DNA of 28,644 nt from a virus (Duplodnaviria; Caudoviricetes). Each line of letters starts with the position of its first letter. The first letter of the stretch is position 1. The position numbers and the translations under genes are program-made. This document shows positions 1 to 6,714 of the stretch, one piece after another. The DNA lies in IMG/VR virus record IMGVR_UViG_3300044272_005370, positions 1 through 28,644 of that record; one strand, 5' to 3'. The notes beneath the pieces were generated by a model. That model made no database searches, was not told where the DNA came from, and worked only from the letters and a program-made list of their open reading frames with translations.

Positions 1-1
1 A

Positions 2-1042
2 ACTTTATCTGGGGTACCATTATTCAATTTAGATAATGATGAACGTGGTAACTATACAGGTATAATGCTAAGAGAAATATTAAAATATACTTTAAATCAA
101 AGTGATGATGATATTTTTTATATTGATAGATCAAATACAACTACAAAAGATATCAATTACATAGACTTTGAAAATGGTTTATCAAAAATAAATTATAGTA
201 GTAATACATATAAAAAAGCTATTGATGATTTAAATTACTTATATAATATTCATAATAGCAATTTAGATTCAAAAGATTTTAGTATACTTAAAAAAGATTA
301 TTTTACTGGTAAATATACTTTAATTAACGGAAAAAGTTTCTTTGATAGGGCCAATTATGGTAATGAAAGTGGAACATATACAATTGAAAAAATAGATATA
401 TCAGGAGGTGGTAATTTAAAAGTAGGTACCCAGGGTAATAAGTCAGGTAAAAATACCCCTAATTTTAATGAAAAAAGTCAAGCTTTGGATTTTAAGTTTT
501 TTAATACAAGTTTTGATATACTAAATGAAAAAGTTAATACAAAAATTATTCATGAGTATAATTTTGAAGATAAAACTTTTAGTTTAATGCAAAAAGATAG
601 TAATATTATAAATTCAAAAAATAAATTTAATAACTATTATGTACAAAATATGATAGGTAAAAATAAACCTTATCCTTCTCAAATAAATACTAATTTAAAA
701 AAATTAAATTTTAATTATGAAAATATATATAATTTATATGGTAATAATGAAAATGTACGTTTAAGTAAAGGTTTAAATAAGCTTCTAAAAAATACTATAA
801 TGTCTAACTTGGGTGTAGAAATAACATTAAAAGGTCAGATGTTTAGAAGATCAGGTAAATTTATTACAATAGATAGGTCAAGTTTAGACCCTAAAAATAA
901 ATTTGATGATAGATTTTTAGGTACGTATTTTATAATAAACGTTGAACATACTTTTATAAGAGATGATTTATATATAAATAGAATTTTTGGAGTAAAAACT
1001 TATTATTTTGATGATTTAAAATTTAACGAAAATTTAGACTAA
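2..1042 (+). CDS. Putative baseplate hub / tail protein (gp27 / phage late-control D-like), 5'-truncated
   Basis: The frame is open from position 2 (TLSGVPLFNLDNDERGNYTGIM...), so the gene probably starts before the window rather than at ATG 65. The C-terminal pattern VEITLKGQMFRRSGKFITI...FLGTYFIINVEHTF...YINRI resembles the C-terminus of contractile-tail hub proteins. Confidence 0.55.
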   Translation, partial: TLSGVPLFNLDNDERGNYTGIMLREILKYTLNQSDDDIFYIDRSNTTTKDINYIDFENGLSKINYSSNTYKKAIDDLNYLYNIHNSNLDSKDFSILKKDYFTGKYTLINGKSFFDRANYGNESGTYTIEKIDISGGGNLKVGTQGNKSGKNTPNFNEKSQALDFKFFNTSFDILNEKVNTKIIHEYNFEDKTFSLMQKDSNIINSKNKFNNYYVQNMIGKNKPYPSQINTNLKKLNFNYENIYNLYGNNENVRLSKGLNKLLKNTIMSNLGVEITLKGQMFRRSGKFITIDRSSLDPKNKFDDRFLGTYFIINVEHTFIRDDLYINRIFGVKTYYFDDLKFNENLD

Positions 1043-1043
1043 T

Positions 1044-2111
1044 ATGGCAACTAATAAAAAAAATATTTTACCAGATCTTACTGATACTATTATAAATGGT
1101 AGTATAAACTTTTATGAAAGTAGTAATGAATTATTAGACATTTTTAAGAACGTTTCTTTGGATGTAGTTGATTATTTTATACAAATGGATCAAACTAAAA
1201 GTTCAGATAATGTAATTAAAAATTTAACCGAAAAATATGTTGAGTTAAATAATAAAAGTTTAAAAATTAATAATATAGAATTACCTAATAATTATAAATT
1301 ATATCTAAATGAAAAATTTCAAAATTTACTTAGTATATTTAAGACAATAATTAGTAAAAATGTAGAAGATATTAATAGAAGTGTTTATTCAAGCTATTCT
1401 GATGATATAGGAATGACTTTAGAAGTAAATCATAATTTAGGATTAACAAATACACCTATATTTGATTCATTCTATAACTTAGAAAAAACTGGGGCTCCTA
1501 TTACAATGCCATCAGTAATGATTAATAAAGTTAGTAGAAGTACATTGAAAAATTTTAAAAAAATGTCATTAAAAAATGATGCTTTAATGAAAAGAAATTT
1601 GCGTAATATTGCAGGTTATGGATTAGAAAATATGTCAAAAACTTCCCATGGAGCAAACTTAGTTTATGATAATTTTCAAAAAATATATATGAGTCAATTA
1701 GTTAATGAAAAAACTAGTAGTATATACAAATATTTTGGTGAAAATTTAGGAGATCTAATCACATTTTATAAAAATTTAAACATAAGAGAACAACCTGAAA
1801 ATAAATCATTTTTAGTTACGTATAAAAATAACATAGAAGGGGTCGAAAATGTTTTAGATATGTTTAATAATAACATTTATTCTACTACTAAAAGCGATAA
1901 AACGTTTTCTACAAATGATATTTTAGAAACTCAAGAGACTACACAAACTACTCAAACTGAAACTTCAACTACAATACAAACTACAGCTACAATAAATCAA
2001 ATTAATTCGCAAGCAGTAGATAATACAGGTACAGGTAGTTCTGGTGGTAGTACTTCTGGTCAATCTCCTGGTGCAGGTTCCGGAAGTGGGGGGTATGGAA
2101 GTGGTTATTAA
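1044..2111 (+). CDS. Hypothetical protein, probably virion-associated, with a Thr/Gln-rich linker and Gly/Ser-rich C-terminal tail ending GGYGSGY
   Basis: 355-aa ORF starting 1 nt after the upstream stop; no recognisable catalytic motif. Confidence 0.6.
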   Translation: MATNKKNILPDLTDTIINGSINFYESSNELLDIFKNVSLDVVDYFIQMDQTKSSDNVIKNLTEKYVELNNKSLKINNIELPNNYKLYLNEKFQNLLSIFKTIISKNVEDINRSVYSSYSDDIGMTLEVNHNLGLTNTPIFDSFYNLEKTGAPITMPSVMINKVSRSTLKNFKKMSLKNDALMKRNLRNIAGYGLENMSKTSHGANLVYDNFQKIYMSQLVNEKTSSIYKYFGENLGDLITFYKNLNIREQPENKSFLVTYKNNIEGVENVLDMFNNNIYSTTKSDKTFSTNDILETQETTQTTQTETSTTIQTTATINQINSQAVDNTGTGSSGGSTSGQSPGAGSGSGGYGSGY

Positions 2112-2557
2112 TCGCTAACTTCTATTACTTTAGCATCTTCTATTAATTGATTTAATAATTCTTCTCTATTAATTGTTAACCCTATCCGTTCGTTATTTCT
2201 ATCTTGAAGTTCTTTTTTACTTTTAATATCCATTTCTTTAACTTGAATTTTAGCTTCATTAGCTTTATCTTGTAAAAGAATTTTATTTAAACTTTCTATA
2301 GCAGAAGCAGAAGCTCCAACTAATTTACTTAGAGCATCTACATCTCTAGAATCAGGTGCAGATGTAATATATTGTTTTACTTCTTCTACATAGTCTACTG
2401 TACCTTTAATTAATTTACCTGAATAATTTAACAGAAATTCTTCTAATTTTTCTTTATCTAAATTAAATTCATCTTTTTTCAATTCTTTAGAAGCAACAGC
2501 AGCGCCTTTTAATTGAGAAATTAAATCATCAACTACTATATCTACATCTTGGTCCAT
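2108..2557 (-). CDS. Hypothetical helical protein; possible terminase small subunit (gp16-like)
   Basis: 149 aa, predicted helical. APDSRDVDALSKLVGASASAIESLNKILL and the C-terminal REELLNQL loosely resemble T4-like small terminases. A late-type TAAATA box lies 5 nt upstream of the ATG. Confidence 0.4.
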   Translation of the reverse strand: MDQDVDIVVDDLISQLKGAAVASKELKKDEFNLDKEKLEEFLLNYSGKLIKGTVDYVEEVKQYITSAPDSRDVDALSKLVGASASAIESLNKILLQDKANEAKIQVKEMDIKSKKELQDRNNERIGLTINREELLNQLIEDAKVIEVSD

Positions 2558-2562
2558 TAAAA

Positions 2563-2570
2563 TATTTAAT
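2563..2570 (-). promoter_or_regulatory. T4-late-type promoter box ATTAAATA, 5 nt upstream of ATG 2557
   Basis: Plus strand TATTTAAT at 2563-2570; the same core and spacing recur at other late gene starts. Confidence 0.55.
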
Positions 2571-2576
2571 ATAAAG

Positions 2577-2604
2577 TTGAATAATTAAAGTAATACACTA
2601 TAAT
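2577..2604 (+). promoter_or_regulatory. Sigma70-type early/middle promoter TTGAAT-N16-TATAAT; predicted +1 at the dut ATG
   Basis: TTGAAT 2577-2582, TATAAT 2599-2604, 6 nt to ATG 2611; identical geometry to the promoter at 26202-26229. Confidence 0.7.
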
Positions 2605-2610
2605 AGAGGT

Positions 2611-3075
2611 ATGGATAATGTAGTTATAAAGTTTGTTAAGACGCATGAAGATGCTAAATTACCTACTAAAGCTCATAAGGGGGATAATTGTTTTGATTTA
2701 TATGCAGTAGAAGATACTGTAATTCCTGGAAGTACTTATGGTCCGGTAGATGATGTTAAGGTAGGTAGTGGTATAGTACCTGTAGGTATTACCGTTGGTT
2801 ATATTTCAGAAGGGTATGGCTTTGTTTTAAGACCTAAGTCAGGTTTAGGTTTTAAAGCTGGTTTACAACCTCATTTAGGGGAAATTGATAATGGATATCG
2901 TGGAGATTGTGCAGTAAAAATATATAATTTTTCAAATAAAGATTATAATTATAAAAAAGGTGATAAAGTAGCTCAAATTAAAATAGAGAAAATTTATAAT
3001 ACAGTAGTTGAATGGGCTGAAAAAGTTGAGGAAGCTCAAAGAGGAGATGCAGGTTTTGGTTCTTCAGGTAAATAA
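2611..3075 (+). CDS. dut: Trimeric dUTP pyrophosphatase (dUTPase)
   Basis: The five dUTPase motifs are visible: CFDLYA, RPKSGLG, GEIDNGYRG, GDKVAQ and C-terminal RGDAGFGSSG. Confidence 0.97.
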   Translation: MDNVVIKFVKTHEDAKLPTKAHKGDNCFDLYAVEDTVIPGSTYGPVDDVKVGSGIVPVGITVGYISEGYGFVLRPKSGLGFKAGLQPHLGEIDNGYRGDCAVKIYNFSNKDYNYKKGDKVAQIKIEKIYNTVVEWAEKVEEAQRGDAGFGSSGK

Positions 3076-3383
3076 TGTATAGACCATTACCAGAAAACTT
3101 AACTATTGATAAATCTAAAATAGAAGGTTTAGGTTTATTTGCAACTAAAATTATAGATAAAAATACTAATTTAGGTATATCTCATATAAAATACAAAAGT
3201 GGTTTTTTTCACCAAGATTATATAAGAACACCTTTAGGGGCTTTTGTCAATCATTCTGAGAATCCTAACTGTTGTTTAGTTTATGACGGTGATATAAATT
3301 ATTTAAAAGTTATTAAAGATATAAAAATTAACGATGAATTAACTACAAAATATACTTTATATAAAATAGGAACTGAGATATAA
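3075..3383 (+). CDS. Minimal SET-domain protein-lysine methyltransferase
   Basis: SET signatures SKIEGLGLFAT (GxG motif), FVNHSENPNC (NHSxxPN) and DELTTKY (ELxxxY); only 102 aa; TAATG overlap with dut. Confidence 0.88.
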   Translation: MYRPLPENLTIDKSKIEGLGLFATKIIDKNTNLGISHIKYKSGFFHQDYIRTPLGAFVNHSENPNCCLVYDGDINYLKVIKDIKINDELTTKYTLYKIGTEI

Positions 3384-3389
3384 TTAATT

Positions 3390-3500
3390 ATGGGAAAAGT
3401 AACTAGACAAAAAATAACTGAAAGAAAAGTAGGAAATGCTAAAATACGTAAGACGGTAACAGTTACTGTAACTAAGCCTACTAAACGTAAGAAAAAATAA
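3390..3500 (+). CDS. Unannotated 36-aa Lys/Arg/Thr-rich basic peptide MGKVTRQKITERKVGNAKIRKTVTVTVTKPTKRKKK
   Basis: ATG 3390 to TAA 3500 fills the gap between the SET gene and the clamp loader, and its stop overlaps the clamp-loader start (TAATG). It has 10 Lys, 4 Arg and 1 Glu. Confidence 0.7.
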   Translation: MGKVTRQKITERKVGNAKIRKTVTVTVTKPTKRKKK

Positions 3501-4414
3501 TGTTTAATAACTTATACGTAGAGAAGTATAGGCCTACTAATCTATTAGATTTAGTATTATCAGATAGTAATAGAAAATATTTTGAATCTATTACTGATGA
3601 AATACCTAATTTATTATTTGTGGGTACTCCGGGTTTAGGTAAAACTACCTTAGCTAGAATATTAGTTAATGATATACTAGAATGTCAATATCTATATATA
3701 AATGCGTCAGATGAAAACGGTATAGATACTATACGTTCTAAGGTAGTTGGCTTTAGTCAAACTAAGTCTCTTGATGGGAACCATAAGGTAGTAATACTTG
3801 ATGAGGCCGATGGTATTACCATTGACGGGCAACGCGCACTACGCAATACAATGGAAGAATATAGTAGTATGACTCGTTTTATTTTAACCGCTAATTATAA
3901 GCATAAAATTATACCTGCTATTCAAAGTAGAACCCAATTCTTTGATTTAACTCCCCCGTTTGATGATGTAGTTAAGAGAGTTATTGATATTGTAAAGCAA
4001 GAAGGTATAAAAATAGAAACTGATCAGAAACCTAACTTCGTTAACTTAATTAAGCAAAGCTATCCTGATATACGTAAAGTTTTAAATAGTATTCAAAAAG
4101 CTACTATAGGTAATATCTTTACCGTAGACCATAGTGTTGATAGTAAAGAGATAGTTAATGTAATACATAAGCATATTATATCTAAAGATTCCTTAAAACT
4201 TAGAAAGTATCTAATTGAAAATGAAAATGAGTTTCAAGGGGATTATCATAACTTAATGAAACAGTATTTAAATTATGTTTATTCTTCTAGTTTAGATGAC
4301 AATAAAAAACGTCAATATATAGTGACTATTTCAGATCACATGTATAAAGACGTATTTGTATTAGATAAAGAGATTAATGCTTTTGCATGCTGGGTTAATC
4401 TTGAAAAGATTTAA
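3500..4414 (+). CDS. gp44: Sliding-clamp loader AAA+ subunit (T4 gp44 / RFC small subunit-like)
   Basis: YVEKYRP N-terminal box, Walker A GTPGLGKT, NASDENGIDTIR, Walker B ILDEAD, QRALRNTME, and SRC-type motif IQSRT. Confidence 0.95.
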   Translation: MFNNLYVEKYRPTNLLDLVLSDSNRKYFESITDEIPNLLFVGTPGLGKTTLARILVNDILECQYLYINASDENGIDTIRSKVVGFSQTKSLDGNHKVVILDEADGITIDGQRALRNTMEEYSSMTRFILTANYKHKIIPAIQSRTQFFDLTPPFDDVVKRVIDIVKQEGIKIETDQKPNFVNLIKQSYPDIRKVLNSIQKATIGNIFTVDHSVDSKEIVNVIHKHIISKDSLKLRKYLIENENEFQGDYHNLMKQYLNYVYSSSLDDNKKRQYIVTISDHMYKDVFVLDKEINAFACWVNLEKI

Positions 4415-5001
4415 CCGTTAATGGGCATATAATTAGAAGTATAATTTTCTTTAACTGCAGGAGAAGATGTTGCTGGGGATGAAGGAATCTTAGTATTTTG
4501 CGTTGGTAAATAAACTTCAGTTTTTTTAAGATTTCCATCGCCTTGTTGAGTCATTCTTGTTATTTCGATTTCATCTTCTTCTTCGACTTCTTTAGGATCA
4601 ATTTGTACTTTATTATCGTATCTATCTGAATCAGGTACTGGGTGTCTATTAATACCAGTATCTATTCTATCTAAAATATCAGAAGGAACGGTGACTTTAC
4701 CTTGATTATCATATCTTCCATTTGCTAATTCTCTAGCAACTGTTGCAGAAAAAGAAGTACCTCTATTGTCAGCATTAGCTGGAGGCGCTGTTTGGGTATT
4801 TGTTATAATATTAACTATATAATAGTTTTTGTCTGAATCAAAATATTCATCAATATATTTTTTTTGCGCATCTGATAGCTGCTTATAACTATCCTTACTT
4901 TTATAGTTACTAATAAGTTTTACTAGGTCACCGGTTAGAAAACTACCATTAGCCATCCTAGTAATTGTATTTTCAACAAGGTCTAAAAATTTTCGTGCCA
5001 T
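4411..5001 (-). CDS. Hypothetical late protein
   Basis: 196-aa ORF with a perfect TATAAATA 4 nt upstream of the ATG; no recognisable motif. Confidence 0.6.
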   Translation of the reverse strand: MARKFLDLVENTITRMANGSFLTGDLVKLISNYKSKDSYKQLSDAQKKYIDEYFDSDKNYYIVNIITNTQTAPPANADNRGTSFSATVARELANGRYDNQGKVTVPSDILDRIDTGINRHPVPDSDRYDNKVQIDPKEVEEEDEIEITRMTQQGDGNLKKTEVYLPTQNTKIPSSPATSSPAVKENYTSNYMPING

Positions 5002-5005
5002 AATA

Positions 5006-5013
5006 TATTTATA
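5006..5013 (-). promoter_or_regulatory. T4 late promoter consensus TATAAATA for ORF 4411-5001
   Basis: Plus strand TATTTATA at 5006-5013; exact match to the gp55-dependent late consensus. Confidence 0.7.
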
Positions 5014-5056
5014 TTTATGTTATCTATATGTTTTTTCTATAGTTTTTAAAGCTGTT

Positions 5057-5064
5057 TATAAATA
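5057..5064 (+). promoter_or_regulatory. T4 late promoter consensus TATAAATA for ORF 5071-6639
   Basis: Exact TATAAATA, 6 nt upstream of ATG 5071; divergent from the box at 5006-5013. Confidence 0.7.
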
Positions 5065-5070
5065 TTATAA

Positions 5071-6639
5071 ATGTCTGAAATAAAAATATTTGCTAATTTT
5101 GATACCACCGCAGTAGTTGACCCCGAAAGAGAATATTATAACTTACCAAGTAATAATTTACCGGTGTTAAATCAAATTACCGCTAATGCTAAAATTGATT
5201 TAAAAGAAAATGCAATTTTATCAAATGAAAATCACCCTGTTGGTACATTAAAATTTTCTACTAATGGTATTGATGGTTATGGTTATGATGATAATACATT
5301 TAATTTTGATACGAATTATTTTTCTAATCAAATTATATATTTTACAATAAGAGTAAAAACTTTAACTAAGTTTCCAGCAAAATACGTAAGCAATTTAATT
5401 TTAGGAGATGGTAAGGATAATGATACCGTAAAAATTAGTTTAGTAGATAGTTCAAATAATACTTTAGTTACTAATATTTCCAGTAATATGGGCGTTCTTT
5501 CAGCTCCTATAGGGGGGTTTAAAAGAGGTGGATTTTTTAAGGGAGCTTTTTCATATAATGGTACCGGTAGTAATCTTAAATTAGTAGCAAGAGCTACATC
5601 TGATTCAAGAAATTTAACCGGTGAAAGTAACTCGTTTAATATAGCTTCATCAGAAAGTACTAAAGAATTTCGAAAAATAAATGAAGATAATAATCAAAAA
5701 CAAAACTTTTTAAATTATCTCTATCAACCTAATTTAAAAGATAACCCTAAATTTTTTACTAATATTATAGGTCAAATTGTAGGGGATGAAAAAAATCCTA
5801 ATACTTTAGGAGTTAAAGTTTATGAAAAAATATCTAATTTTTTATTAAATTCAAACGATACTGATTTTGCTAATATTGATAATTTAATTAGTAATTTAAA
5901 ATTAATAGATAGTAATGTAAATAAATTTTCAGATAAATATCCAGCTAGTTTAAAACGTATAGTAGATTTTTTTAGTATAAATAGATCTAAAATTATACCA
6001 GTTAAAAATAAATTTAATCAAGATTTTGATAATAAAGGTAGACCAAATTCAGGTTTAGGTCAAAATCTTGGTAATAAATTAAAACTTTCAGATACTCTTT
6101 CAGGGGGAGATAATTTTAAACCTGTAATTGCTTATGAAAAATTTAGTAAAAAATATATAATGTTAAATACTGACCCAACCAGTTCATTTGATTTTAGGTA
6201 TCTAGGTACCAATAATACTTATCAAATATCTTCATATAATACGAATTGGGGTTGGGGATTAGTTTTACCTAAAGGTGTAGGTAATTTTTACTATTTAAAA
6301 GATGAAAACGATAATAATTTAGTTTTAGAAGATAATTTTAGAATCTTAAATGAAAATAACGGTATATCTACTAGTGAAATATTAGAATATTATACTTTTT
6401 ATGAATATATATCAACTACTAATGATAGTAATCTATTTGCATTTTATGATGATTCAAATGTAAATTCTACTAGTGATTTATCTTCATTAAGCGCTATAGA
6501 TAATTCTATTGATGAAATAATTTTAAAAGACTTATACTCTGGTACTAAATTATTAGGATCAAGCCTAAATGTGAGTAGTGGTTCTAGCAGCAGTGATTCT
6601 TCATTAGGTACTGGAAGTTCATATGGTGGTGGCTATTGA
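5071..6639 (+). CDS. Putative virion structural protein (baseplate wedge-like), Gly/Ser-rich tail ending SSYGGGY
   Basis: 522 aa with a late promoter. It has a beta-rich N-half and a helical central part (FFTNIIGQIVG...YEKISNF...YPASLKRIVDFFSI) reminiscent of baseplate wedge/tail proteins; the family is not certain. Confidence 0.5.
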   Translation: MSEIKIFANFDTTAVVDPEREYYNLPSNNLPVLNQITANAKIDLKENAILSNENHPVGTLKFSTNGIDGYGYDDNTFNFDTNYFSNQIIYFTIRVKTLTKFPAKYVSNLILGDGKDNDTVKISLVDSSNNTLVTNISSNMGVLSAPIGGFKRGGFFKGAFSYNGTGSNLKLVARATSDSRNLTGESNSFNIASSESTKEFRKINEDNNQKQNFLNYLYQPNLKDNPKFFTNIIGQIVGDEKNPNTLGVKVYEKISNFLLNSNDTDFANIDNLISNLKLIDSNVNKFSDKYPASLKRIVDFFSINRSKIIPVKNKFNQDFDNKGRPNSGLGQNLGNKLKLSDTLSGGDNFKPVIAYEKFSKKYIMLNTDPTSSFDFRYLGTNNTYQISSYNTNWGWGLVLPKGVGNFYYLKDENDNNLVLEDNFRILNENNGISTSEILEYYTFYEYISTTNDSNLFAFYDDSNVNSTSDLSSLSAIDNSIDEIILKDLYSGTKLLGSSLNVSSGSSSSDSSLGTGSSYGGGY

Positions 6640-6699
6640 TATTGAACTATTTTAAACCCCTTTTAAATACATATACGAAAATTGATATATAATTTTCAA

Positions 6700-6707
6700 T
6701 ATAAATA
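6700..6707 (+). promoter_or_regulatory. T4 late promoter consensus TATAAATA for ORF 6715-10749
   Basis: Exact TATAAATA, 7 nt upstream of ATG 6715. Confidence 0.7.
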
Positions 6708-6714
6708 TTAATAA

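Noticed and set aside
1926-1995. Thr/Gln-rich quasi-repeat (ACT/ACA/CAA-rich DNA)
   Set aside because: Simple low-complexity linker within a CDS, with no regular repeat unit.
2605-2610. AGAGGT as a Shine-Dalgarno for dut
   Set aside because: It abuts the ATG with no spacer and lies between the -10 box and the predicted +1, so it would mostly not be in the transcript.
3500-4414. Eukaryotic/archaeal or giant-virus origin suggested by the RFC-like and SET genes
   Set aside because: The gp5/gp6/gp25 baseplate genes, S74 fibres, TATAAATA late boxes and sigma70 promoters indicate a tailed bacteriophage; T4-like gp44 is itself RFC-like.
6677-6697. Inverted repeat GAAAATT-N7-AATTTTC just upstream of a late promoter
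   Set aside because: A 7-bp almost all-AT stem is expected by chance in this composition; too weak to call a terminator or operator.
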